NCBI GenBank assembly: GCA_021613535.1
Contig: CP075492.1
Location: 17,050,001-17,114,000 of the forward strand
DNA length: 64,000 nucleotides
Source: Adineta vaga
Taxonomy: Eukaryota > Animalia > Rotifera
Direction: 5' to 3'
Below, piece by piece: positions 11,952-24,702 of the stretch. The notes beneath the pieces were generated by a model that was not told where the DNA came from, did no database searches, and worked only from the letters and a program-made list of their open reading frames with translations. The position numbers were made by a program, and so were the translations under genes. How positions within the stretch are numbered: the first letter of the stretch is position 1; every line of letters starts with the position of its first letter.

Positions 11952-13699
11952 GATTTTAATAAAATTTCTGAACTCTCGATTCGTCGAGCAAAGTGAACAT
12001 GTATATGACGACATCAGATTTGAAACTTTTTTCAACAGTGCAAGATAAAAAGATTTATGAAATATATGCTGTAGTTTTTAATTCAGCTTTTTTTATATAT
12101 GGTTGGTTACGAAACACGATAAATAAAAATATAAACAACAGCTACGATAAACCAATGAATTAGAAACGCCACGAATTATTCAATTCTAACATATCGCATA
12201 AACACATACGTCTGGATTAGTGTAGAAAAATGTATAAGAAAAGAGTTAAACGTAAAGATACATGAATATATCGAATTACACCATATTACATATCGATGAT
12301 TTCTATCTTATATTACGAAATGTGCAATACAATTCAAATAGTTAGACCTGGACTCAGCTTGTAAAAAGCATGCATTCTTCTAATAAATACGTAACAACGG
12401 ATTAACCTGCAATTCGAGATAAAATTTAGCACCAACGAACAACTTGTTCGCAAGACAAGTTCATAATTTGACGATTATAAATTATCTAAAATTCTGAGAA
12501 AAGAGTCTTACAACATTATGCAGAAAATACCTTTGTTAGAAGAATAAAAGACAAACAGTTCTATAAAAAACAATATCTCTGACATTTTTCTCGTGTTTAA
12601 TGATCTGTTGCTACTATTTACTTCATCTAATAGTAAAACGTTTTAATAGATGGTGATAGCGACTCGGGATATCTTCAAAATCATCATAGAAGATCGAACA
12701 ACAGTAAATGCATAAACAATTCTAGGCAAAGAAAAGCTTTTGACTTAATTCATGTTACTCCTATTCCTCACAGCTCTATGTTGCATGATAATTGTGGACT
12801 CTAAATCTGTTGTACTTTTATGCATTCATCATTATTTGTCAATTAGGTGAGCAAACTTATTTAATAGAGAGTGAATATTCATTCAAGAAACATAAACAAT
12901 TTGTATCGAATATACTAAATAGTTTATTTAGTAACGCAGAGTAATAAAACTTTACAACGAAAGCATACAATAATCAACTTTTGCATGTAGAATATTAATA
13001 TGGTTTGTCGAAAGATAGTAAATTATTTTCAGTCAAAGAGAGTGATATACCCATCTGAGCCAAATGTAGTTTGATATTTTCAAATAAGGATAATAAGATA
13101 CCCTTATATTGCAAACGTGTAACAATCAACTCATATTCGTTGCACCACCTACTCTTATCTCCATAAGAAACCCTCATATAAACATTGCGTATCCTTTGAA
13201 AGCTTTGTTGAGAAAGTTATCAATTGCAAGACTAGATTACTATGCTAATTTTTTTCAGTGCAGTTCTAAACTAAGATTCTTGATTGACAAATTGAACGAA
13301 GTAGGTAAATGATCGTCGATATTGTCAAACATAAGGTTGATGCTCAGTCTATTTTATATGTAAATCATCATTCAATAACTCGATTGCTGACGCATTCGGG
13401 TAACAGACGAGGTACGTGTATTTCCTTGTTGTCGCTAAGCAATGGAAGAAAGGACTTACCCTTCTCTTTCATTATTGTAGACGGCCACATATAATAAAAG
13501 TTCAAAATGAATTCGCTACTAAATCGTCTATTCTATCCCATTTTAATTGGATAAGTTATCTACGTATATCGCTCGAGAGTCACTTCATTCGTCAGCTATC
13601 AAATAAGTTGATCAAATTTACTTTTTTCTTTCTCTTCTTTCTTGTATTTAAGAGTGCGAAGATGATAAACGTTCCCTTGCATTTTAGATTATCCAAAGT

Positions 13700-14240
13700 A
13701 TGCAAACGGAACAAAAACAAAAAGCTCGATCTTTCATGAAAAATTTTATCACAGATTCGAATACTAAATGTGCAGTCAAACAAGCAATGATTGATGAAGT
13801 GTTACAAAGCCAAGCAATAGTCGAGAAAGTATTTAATGCAATTAGTGATATTACTAATGAAGAAATTAAAAAGCAATTAGCAAAAATAATTGAAAATATA
13901 TGCATACATGAAAAAATAGATGTGGTTGTGGATGAGACTTCATTCTTAAGCCTTGCTCACACCCTTTTATCAATTTCCATCAATTGAATTATTTGAAAAA
14001 ATCCTGTTTTTATCAATTTCTCAAAACGGTATCTTCACGGGAGTTACTGCATCCGTTATTATAGTCGGTATACGGACCGTGCCGTTCGACCTGGATTGGA
14101 AGGGCAAAATACATTTGTATTCAAGTTTGTCATCAATAGTTAAACATACATATGCAATACCAGCATCTAATACTACTGTGGAAAGACTACTTTCAGCATA
14201 AAAAAATACTATTACTGAAAGAAAAATAAGTTTTAGATAG
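13700..14240 (+). mobile_element. hAT transposase remnant (C-terminal dimerisation region)
   Basis: YAIPASNTTVERLLSA*KNTITERK matches the hAT PASxxxERxFS motif; stops are present. Confidence 0.65.
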
Positions 14241-15400
14241 TGATTCTAACTTATTCATAATAACAATAGAACACGAGCAATGTTTATGTTTGTATAAATC
14301 CAAAGCAACTACGGCTCTATGTTAAAGATAATTCAAGTAATTTCAATAATTCGGATATTTTCTTAGACTAATCTATATATCTTTTATATTTTTATTCATG
14401 ATGGACATGTGTAATTTTCTTTTCTTGTAACATTTGTAAAGTTAACAATGATTTATGTATATTATATGTTATTATCTAATATATGAAACAATAAACTTAA
14501 TACTACATTAGACTCAGGTTTCAGAGAGCAGCACAGGGCTCTACATAAGGTTTGATTCTTATGTACTACATTTTTTTCTAAAATGAAATAAAATAGTATT
14601 GTTTATTTAAGTAACTTGAAGAATCCTTTTTACATACATAATTTGTTACTCTCAACATTTTGCTAAAAATAAAATCATTTGCTCTAGTCGTTTTCCAATT
14701 GTGATTTTTTATCCTGTGAGGAAACACGGAAAAAATTTATGTTTATTTTTTTATTATGGAATTACATTCACTGATGAAAAGAATATAAATGTTAAATAAA
14801 TCATTTTTTTTATTATTGATAGACATGAAACCATCCCAAATCAAAACTGTTTGACTTTGATGTATATCTAGTTATGGAAAGATTATGCGGTCAACCTATG
14901 CATCCACTGCAGTATGACGAACAACAATAGGCAAGCGCACCGTTACAATCTAACCCAGAATATCAATATTTGCCAGCATAAACGCAATTTTCTGGCTTTG
15001 CCGTGCAGTAACCATTGTAAGGTAGGTTCCAACAGTCTCTTCCAGAAATGACAACAAATAAAATTAAAATCTTGCTCATTGTCGATTGAAAATTACTTCA
15101 ACTTGACTTTACCTTCGTTTTATACTTTTTCTGCTTTTTATATACGCGTACGTATATATAATTGATTTGACTTCTTTCTCGCAAACCGCATTGATTGTTT
15201 TTTCGGAGAACTGTCTTAATCAATGAGAATGGGAGCAGATGGTTGGAAAATACAACCATTTTCAAGGAAATAATTTCTCGGTTACATATAGGATTTGGAT
15301 GTTCTCAATACTAGGAGTCTCAGGTGTAATAGTTTGCATAATTGTAATAACAGTACTCAATAATAAAGAGTATGAATATATACTTAGTCTATGAAAGATA

Positions 15401-15465
15401 TGAGAGTGAGAGTAGATATAGGTGAAATTAATGTTTAACTACGCTACCCACACCCACACCCTCAA
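15401..15465. repeat. Junction inverted repeat
   Basis: tgagagtgagagtagatataggtg-~21 nt-acccacacccacaccctcaa(gat). Confidence 0.85.
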
Positions 15466-16456
15466 GATTTTGTAAATGAAAACGAAAAAATTGCTCAGAC
15501 AATCAATACTTGGGTTGAAGATCAAACAAATCGATTAATAAAAAATTTACTCTCACCAAGTGATATTCGGGCAAATACACGATTAATTATCATTAATTGT
15601 ATTTATTTCAAAGTATGTACACATTTTTCATTTGAAAATATTCGTATTTCGTTTCTTTTATATCTATAAGGGAACATGGGTAGATCAATTTAATGAATAT
15701 GCAACTGATCATAATGCTAATTTTCATGAACTTAATGGTACGAATTCAAAAATTAGTTTAATGTATCAAAAACGAAAATTTGCTTATGCAGAAAATAAAT
15801 CCTTACGTATTCAAATTGTTCATCTTCCATATAAAAATAATAATCAAGATGTTCAATTTGTTTTTACAATAATTTTACCAAAGGAAGGTGTTTTATTATC
15901 AGAAATCGAACAAAAATTTGCATCGAAACCAAATTTATTAGAAGATGTACTTCATCAACAAAATACAACATTACAAAAATTATTGTTATATATACCGAAA
16001 TTTAAAATGGACTTTACATGTGAATTGACAACTGTTTTAGAACAACTTGGAATGAAAGATGCATTTGATGAAAATAAAGCAGATTTTAGTGGTATTGTTA
16101 ATAAACAAGATGATAGATTTGCTTTATTTATTAGTAAGGTAGAGTATATTGTTTGTTAGAGAAAGTTTTTGTTGATTTTATTTGATAATTTTAGGTTGTT
16201 CATAAAGCATTTATTGATGTGAATGAACATGGTAAGATCTGATCATAGAAATGAAATGAATAATTTTCAATATTTTATAGGAACTGAAGCGGCTGCCGCT
16301 ACAGCTATCACAGCAGAGTTATGCTGTGCACGACGACGACAACCACAGCCAATTTTATTTCGAGCTGATCGTCCATTTTTATTTTATATTCGAGAAGTTC
16401 GACAAAATCTTACGTTATTTACCGGTAAACTTCTTACCTGTACAAGTCTGTTGTGA
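15466..16456 (+). pseudogene. 5'-truncated serpin (spliced, 3 introns)
   Basis: DFVNENEKIAQTINTWVEDQTN..LIIINCIYFK|GTW, IPKFK, VVHKAFIDVNE, GTEAAAAT hinge and FRADRPFLF. The N-terminal part is absent. Confidence 0.9.
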
Positions 16457-16572
16457 TCATAGAAAAATAAATAAATATAAAGTAATTAAAAAGGATTTCA
16501 TTGGTATATCTTTTCTAATCTATTGAAATTTTTAGTCTAACATTAATTCATTCAGATCCTTTTCATTTCAAA

Positions 16573-16620
16573 ATGGTTGTGGATGTTAGATAGACGTAGT
16601 ACCCATACCCACACCCTCCA
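16573..16620. repeat. Junction inverted repeat
   Basis: atggttgtggatgt-tagatagacgtagt-acccatacccacaccctcca. Confidence 0.75.
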
Positions 16621-17207
16621 TGCCGAATGAACGCATCAGATAGTTAGTTTTGATTTACATCTCTTATTCTTCGTTTCAATTTTCAGTACGCAATATGCAT
16701 GTTGTAAACTGAGAAAAGAATGTTGATAACAACAAACTTTCAAAACTTTTTTTTTTCTCTATAGCACAAAATGTTATCTTATGAGAGAGCCTAAAAAAGA
16801 CCCTGTAATAGTATACCATGCTAGAAATGACGATTGCCTTTTTCTGACGAATTAAAAAAATAGTCGTTTGTGTCATGTGAAAATCGTTGTTTTACCTTTG
16901 CATGAACGACATGTGGCAAAGTTAGGTCTACAGAACGAGCTGCTGAATTAATATCATTCGTAAATTTAAATTGAAAAACCATCAAAATGACAAAAAAGAA
17001 CAGGCAAGAGAGAGAGGGGGAGAGGAATCGCTCTTGCATATAACAATTAAGAAGGGACACCTGTCGTTTGCTTTTTTCTGACGATGATTCATTTGAATTT
17101 TTCATTATTTTCCAACCTATTTGTAAATCTTTCAGTATCAAAATGAAGTATACATCTTTTTCCTTAAGTAAACACAAAAATGTTATTAAAAGAATTATTT
17201 CAGATAT

Positions 17208-17640
17208 ATGGCTGATCGTCGATACATTTTTATTCGCATTTTTGGTGGTTCAACCATAATTTTAACATTAGTTGGTATTGCACTTTTCAGTGGAGAGAAA
17301 AGCAAAGAAAATTCTTACATTAAAAGTATATGTCTGATAGTGGATTGGGATGTTCAACAAAAGTCATGTAAGGGCAATAATTGCTATGCATCTGTATGGC
17401 TCGTTGATTACGATAATATATCGATTCAAGTGAATGATATTAGAGAACGTCGTCGAATTACAGGAATGTACTCTTATCAATATTCAAAGGCATCGGAGTG
17501 AACTTTGTAGATCGGTTCAATACACACTTGTTATTATAACAATCGAAATAATATATATGATGTTCAATGGAAGAAACCCAATTCAGAACCTGGTTTAATC
17601 TGTCTTCTCGTAGGAAGAAATAAGAATAAGAAAAAAGAAT
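17208..17640 (+). pseudogene. Stop-interrupted paralog of the 2-TM protein at 2509-3177
   Basis: Shares C..KxC..CYxSxWxVxY and, after the stops, CYYN...DVQWKKP. Confidence 0.6.
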
Positions 17641-17675
17641 ATCATGAAGGATAAGAGGATGGAATGCGAGAAGAT

Positions 17676-18734
17676 TTACTCACAAGAAGTTTTATCAATA
17701 AGAAATTTTTGCACACGATTATTTATAGTATCAGTAACATATAAATTTCCTTCTCGATCAAGAAATAAATCCTCAGGACTATCGAACTGATCCAATGCAG
17801 AACCTCTACCATTTCCTCCAGCGATCAATGTACCATTAGTTGCATCTTTTAACCAACGCATAATTCGATGATTACGTGAATCTGCAACATAAATTGTTTC
17901 TTGTTGATCAACATAAACACCTGATGGTTCATCAAATTGATCGAAATCATCACCTGATTTATCTGATTGTCCAGCAACAAGAATTGGTTCTTCATTTCCT
18001 TCAATTATTTTAACAATTCGATGAGTTAAATATCCTGTTGAATAAATTGTTCGTTTCTGATCAATGAATATAAAATTTGATTGACGTAAATTTGACGCAA
18101 CAATTTCTCCACCGAATTCAATATCATTAAAATTCCATTTTGTTGTAGTTCCATCAGCATATTCAGAAACATAAATAAATCCTTGATCATCTTGTCCAAT
18201 TCCAACAGCTTGAATATTATCAATAAGAACTTCACCTTCATTTTCACCTCGATACCAACGAACAACACGGTGATCTGCACTTCCACTGATATAAATTGTG
18301 CCGTTTTTATCTACGACCATATCGTTTGGCATAAACAATGAAAGTTTTTGAGTATCATCTTCATCTTTTACACCCGCAACCAATTGGCCGATTGTTGCAT
18401 TTTGTTGCCACATAACAATTCGATCATTATCATGATCTGCAATATAGATCGTATCATTTTCATCAAGAAATATTCCTGAAGGATGAGCTAATTGATCAAG
18501 TTCACGGCCATAATCTTTTCCACCAGCAATTGTTATTCCATATTTTGACCATGTTGCTGTTGAACATATTTCCGAATCTATTTCAACTGAATAATTTTTA
18601 AAAAAATATTGAAATTATTATCTTTACTTGATAAACTAAAACAAAAAGTAATATTTTATAGATTAAAAAGAAAAGAAAATAACCTACGTGATCAGATAAA
18701 TGAAGAAATAAAAAAAAGTCGTTTTTGTTAGCAT
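17676..18734 (-). CDS. Secreted NHL-repeat (beta-propeller) protein, 2 exons
   Basis: Repeats PSGVYVD..IYVADSRNHRI and AGGNGRGSALDQF. The frame extends to an acceptor near 18588, with a short hydrophobic first exon. Confidence 0.85.
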
Positions 18735-19049
18735 TCTTTTTTTCCTTTCAAGTATAATAAAATAAAATGTGATTTAAATACTATTTTTTTTTCTCATCAT
18801 GTCATCATCATACATCAGCATTCGTATTCGATTATTTTTATCTCTTTCATATCTTGTGGATATGTGGGTGTGATTCCGTTAAGGTTCCGCTACCGAAATA
18901 CAGGGCTAAAAAAGTCATAGATTTCTTGTCATTTTCTACATCAACATACTCATGACAAGTAGATGATGCGTTTTAAATGTTAATATCAGAGAAACAAGAA
19001 CATATCTTTTATTCAAACTCTACAATGAATTATAAAACTTTGGAAAAAA

Positions 19050-19973
19050 TTATTCTTTCGATTGAAAAAATTTCTTGCACGATTCGACGTATGCATTGGC
19101 TTTAGCTTCATCCGTACAAATTTGTGGTAATTGTTTTTCATCTTGATAAAATGCACCATTTTCCAGTTGATTTTCTTGAGTATCAATGACATACAAGATA
19201 GAATCGGCACCCAATGCTGCTGATCGAGCTCCTGTAGCATGATCATTAAGATCAGTGGCACAAAAACCTGGACATACAGCGTAGATGGATATTTTTTTGT
19301 CGTGACAATATTTAAGTGCTTCGACTCGAGTTAGAGCAATCAATGCTGCTTTAGAAACACCATATGCTGGAAGAGGTAAGTCTGGACTATATCCAATTTG
19401 TTCCAAATGATTGGATTCATATGCTGAAAGAAAATCTTCAACCAAATGATCCAGTTGTTCTGTTGTTAATGTTGGTGAAGAATACTTTTCTTGAAGATCT
19501 TTCGAAACAAAATATAATGATATTGGACCTACACCACTAGCAACATTGGCAACACGGCCATGTTCACGTAAAAGAGGAATTAAGTGTTCATTCAGTATTT
19601 TAACACCATAATAATTAGTTTCGAATGTTTTTCGAGCACCTTCAATTGTATTATCTCTCGCTGCAATTCCAGCATTATTAATAATGACATCTAAATGACC
19701 GCCATATTTTTGTTTAATTTCATTAGTAGCAGCGACAATGCTTTCTTTCGACGATGTATCCAATTGCAATAAATGTACATTTGATGGTGAGCCTAACTGT
19801 TGGAGAGCATCCTGACCACGTTTTATATCTCGACTACCAAGAAGAATAGTATTGTTATTGTTTGAAGTTGAGCCTTGAATGAGTTTTTTGACGACTTCGA
19901 AGCCGATACCTTTATTTGCACCAGTAACTAAAATTACACGTTTTTGTTGTTGTTGCTCTGTCATCGATGGCAT
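19050..19973 (-). CDS. SDR carbonyl reductase-like, paralog of 1472-2357
   Basis: TGANKGIG, INNAG, YGVSK and VCPGFCAT. Confidence 0.92.
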   Translation of the reverse strand: MPSMTEQQQQKRVILVTGANKGIGFEVVKKLIQGSTSNNNNTILLGSRDIKRGQDALQQLGSPSNVHLLQLDTSSKESIVAATNEIKQKYGGHLDVIINNAGIAARDNTIEGARKTFETNYYGVKILNEHLIPLLREHGRVANVASGVGPISLYFVSKDLQEKYSSPTLTTEQLDHLVEDFLSAYESNHLEQIGYSPDLPLPAYGVSKAALIALTRVEALKYCHDKKISIYAVCPGFCATDLNDHATGARSAALGADSILYVIDTQENQLENGAFYQDEKQLPQICTDEAKANAYVESCKKFFQSKE

Positions 19974-20269
19974 GTTGTTTATTGTGCGCCGTTCGACACA
20001 TTCTCTTTATATAGAAAGGAAAAATGTAACTTGTGTACTTTATAATACTTTCTGTTCGCTCGCGTGCGAGTTGGTTAAGTCATACAACGATAGCATTATA
20101 TAATAGACGTACGAGAGTACGTGATATTATTATATAAACTTTGTTCTACTATACGATCAAATGTGAAGTTAGAACAAGACTATATTGATATAAATAACGT
20201 TCATCGTGGATGACTCGCTTGACCCTCAACTGAATGATTAACAAAATGGATTTTACTGACTATTTCAAC

Positions 20270-20319
20270 TGAGAGTGGGTGTGGATGGTTGCAAGTCAGT
20301 GTCTCTACCCACACCCTTA
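20270..20319. repeat. Junction inverted repeat
   Basis: tgagagtgggtgtggatg-gttgcaagtcagtgtctct-acccacaccctta. Confidence 0.8.
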
Positions 20320-20747
20320 CTATAGACTCACATATATTGATCTGATCAAAATCATCGAACAATATCAAAAAATAAATATGTAAGATTTATCCATTGTATT
20401 ACAATAAGGAGAATAGAATAAATTGAAGTCTTTTACTGAATCATTATATTAAACTGATTGAATATAGATAATTTCGGCAATTAATACGTGTTTAGTAAAT
20501 AGCGAACAAATCATTTCTTTGACGTACTAAACTCGTGATTCATCATTACGTATCGGTTATTAGAATAAAAACATGTAGTATCATGTTTCTTTGTCACTAT
20601 TATAATAGAAGGTAGCAGTGAAATTTGATAATATTTATTATGCTAATTTCTCAAATATTTGAGAATATAAATCAAAAAAAGATTAACTTTCGTTAGATAT
20701 AAACCTAAAGAGAAACCTTCTAATCTATTTTCAAACAATATTTTACA

Positions 20748-23523
20748 ATGAACTATTATTTCATAATTGTACTTATATTTACAAATACAAATGGATTAGA
20801 AGAACATCTACTCGAACAAGAAAACGATATACGTGGAACTCGACTAACAGTAAATGATCATATTGCTATGTTTGCTGATAATCCATCTAAAAGATTTATA
20901 ATTATAAACAAACCATGTTCATCTGCTCCACTAAAGGAAACGTCAGATTACGATCGTATAACAAACAATGAAAACAAATTATCCATTTCTTACGTGCATA
21001 ATATTATTACAGGTGCTAAACCAAATAAAAATAATTCAATATTCGCATTTATAGCACAAACCAATAATACTAACTGTTATTTAATTGTAATGTGGATATC
21101 ACTAGGTGGTTTTGAAATCAAAGAAACTAAACAAATAGAAATAAAAGGAAACGTGATTGCAAATCAAATAGTTCTTGGTATCGATTCTGAAAGTAAACAC
21201 CTTTATGTTGTTCATTTAAGTGGTACTCTTTATTTCAATGTTAATTCAAAGATGTTTCAAGTATATGGTATGAACTTCTGGGAACGTCAATATTTCATGC
21301 GTGGTGAAGCACTTGCTGTGACAAATGATCAACGACTTTACTTACTTGCATATAGAGAAAGAAAAGACAAGAACCAAACAGGCAATAAACAGTATCGTTG
21401 TTTATATACTGTTGATCATTCAAATGTATCGATGCCAATATCATTAGAAGTTATTGAATGGCCAGTGAATTTTCCATCAACATATCTAAACACTCATAGA
21501 GAACTATCAACATTATCAATTGATTTAAATGAATATTCAAATGTGTTAATTATAGGTATTCCATTGATAGATTCAGTTCTTATTTTTTCTATTGAAGATC
21601 GATTAAAAAGTCCAATTCTAATAAAAAATCATACATCAATAGAGAAAGGAGTATCATTTGGTAAATCAGTATCGTTTCTTGATAATAAAACATACATTGT
21701 ACTTGCTTATGCAATGTCAACTTCATGGTCTAAATCTCAAATTCATGTAAAGATATTTTTTCTCTATAATATATATTAATTATTTCTAAATTTATAGTTT
21801 TATTCTCTTGATGACATGAATACAAATCAAAAACCACTTTTGATCTTTCCAAACAATCAACAACTTCTTCCACTACCAAATATATTACCAACAACTTATC
21901 GCATAGCTAATTTCCTATCTTGTAATTCAGACAATCTCGTTCTTTATCTCGATCCTCTTCATATTCTTTTTCTTCCGTCAAGTTCTCCTGGTTATTTCAG
22001 TAATATTATTGAACAATACGAAGTTTCAGACCTACCAGTTGTAGTGTACCAACCAGAGCCATGTATGCCTGGTACACATAAGCAAACTAAAAGTTTTGGT
22101 CCTTGTACACTTTGTCCAATGAATACGAAAAATAATGGAAGTTCTGGAATTACTTGTGAAAAATGTTCCTCAACAAATCAATCTAAATGTTTTCTTGGTT
22201 CTATAAATGAAATTGATATAAATGAAATAACAAATTCTGATCAAGCTTATTCTTATCCAGTATCACCTGAATCAACACAATTTGAAGATTTACTTCTTCA
22301 AAATATTTTCACATTACCTATAACAACCAAAGAATGTTTTTTTATTTCACCTGTATTTTGGGCTTGTTCAATCATTATCATTTGTTTCCTATTATTTCTT
22401 ATCGTAAAATACATTTTATCTCGTTTTAAACATAAAAATGGACAAAGAATTTTAAAAAATATCTTCATACATGTTGATTTAATTGGTGAAGGACAATATT
22501 GGTTAGGTGGAATTATTTCCATATCTCTTTTTATTCTTGTTATATTTGCTTGTAAATTTAGCATTTCATTTGTAAATCTTTATCCCTATGAAGAAATTTC
22601 AATATTGAAACACTGTGATAATTCATTAATTAATGCAAAATTTAGTAGTTCATTACAATTACTTTCATTACAGAAACATGAACAAGAAAAACCCATATTT
22701 ACATTACTTGATCAACAAAATTTAAATTTAAATATTCAATTTATAAGTACTGGATTTACATGTGATAAATTAACAATTGAACAAATACGGGATCATGCAT
22801 ATAGTATTTCACCAGATTTTAATTGTTATAAAAATAATAGTATTATTTATATTTCTACAAATCTTCCAGAACATATTATTACAATGAAATTTGATTTAAT
22901 TGGTCCATATTTTATTGCTGGAATTCGTTTATGTTTATCTGCTCCATCTAGTTCTACTCAAAATAAGAAATATATTGCAAAAGAAATGAAATTTTGTCAA
23001 TTTTTATCTGTATCTAATCAAACCATAACAACTGATCCAACGATTAATATAAAAATAATTAAAATAATCAATCGAACAGCGAGTATGTCAGTAGATTCTG
23101 ATGATGATGATGCTATTTATAGTGGCCTTTGGTTACCTACATTAACATCGACAACTTTAACAGATGAATCACTTTATTTAAAAAAAGGCCATTCATATCG
23201 TTATTTATCAACAAAAACAACTTTAATTATTTATATAAGAGAATCAGAATTTTTTATGAAAAATACTCAAGAACCAATAGCTCGATCATATGAAATTATA
23301 TTTAATACAATTCTTTTCTCAAGTAAGATTATTCACATATTCTATATATGTATATCGATTTCAAAAATGAAATTTCTTTTTTGTTTTTATAGTGTTATGT
23401 TTGGATTTACTTGGAATTTTATTTATTCTATTTAAATCAATTATTCATCCTCTTTTGAGTTTAATTAAAAGATATTTATCTAGAAGAAAAACTAAAAGAT
23501 TACAGATGATAAACAAAGTCTAA
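20748..23523 (+). CDS. Large membrane protein with signal peptide, Cys-rich (GCC2/ephrin-receptor-like) repeat and TM helices; 3 exons
   Basis: ORFs 20748-21779 and 21816-23435 are linked by short introns. Contains CMPGTHK..GPCTLCP. The last exon ends INKV* at 23523. Confidence 0.75.
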
Positions 23524-23716
23524 CGAATTAATAATTATTATTAAAGTTTATTTTTTTGTTGATTGATCAGTAACTTTAAATATATATATATAAAAGATTG
23601 ATAATCTACGCTTTTTTACATTATCAAAATATAAGAAATAAAAGCATCAGGTTGGGTGTGGGTGGGTATTACAAAACAAATGACAGATTATAGAAATTTG
23701 TTTGACAGTTGATTCA

Positions 23717-24466
23717 TCAATATTTAATATTAAAATAAAGAGGATTTTCACGTTTATCTTTTTCTATTTGTTTCTTTTTCCATTTCCATAGATATGGTAT
23801 ACAAATGATTGCAATAATAACATAAAAATACCAAAGAATACATAAAACAAAAGCATACCAATAAGGACCCGGATGACAATAATTTGGCTTGTGAATATCA
23901 TTAAATTGAACTTGATTTTTGACATCAAATGTCCATACAGATCCAATAATACACCAAATAAGAGTACACATACAGCCAATCATTAACCAGATAGTTTGGA
24001 CGAGATTTATATGTTTATATCGGTCTAACTCAGAGTGTTTACGCAAGATGATCCTCAACATGAGTAATATCATCGATAGTAATAGATTTTCGACAATACC
24101 TTCTATTCCGAAGATAATTAAAAACAGCGGTATCCATTTTTGAACATGACATTTTGATTGATATATACAGCCAACAATTAGAGGAGGAATATAAAAAAGA
24201 ATGCCTTTGATTATTAAAATAATGATGCCATTATGAACATAAGTCTTCGTTTCTGGATTCAATCGATTTGGATCGTAGTTAGAACTAAAATATATGTGAA
24301 AGATATATTAAGATCATATAGAAACTTACTTCTTCATGGATATGTCATGTCCTTGAGGTGTAACTAATGATGGTAACATAGATGAATCAAAATTAAAAGG
24401 AGCGGATTGACGAAGTATTTGGGTAGGTGAATTTTCAATCATCTGCGGTTTAACTGAATTCTTCAT
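23717..24466 (-). CDS. Four-TM membrane protein (TMEM272-like), 2 exons
   Basis: IVGCIYQSKC...IPLFLIIFG, WCIIGSVWTF and NYCHPGPYWYAF; first exon from the ATG at 24466. Confidence 0.7.
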
Positions 24467-24702
24467 TCTTTTGTATCCTTTACTGGTTTCAACTTATATA
24501 ATTTAATACAAGTTTTTTCCGTGTCTTTTTCTGACGATATCGAAATACATCTCTCTCACTCTCTCTCTCCTTTTTTCTTTGTGTTCTGTTTCTTCCGACA
24601 TGAAAAGAGAATTTTTCATCTTTTTATTAAAAAAGGAAAACTACTTGGAGAAAACTCGTCACTCACTGTTATCTAAATGCTTTCAAATAAAACACTTTCA
24701 CT

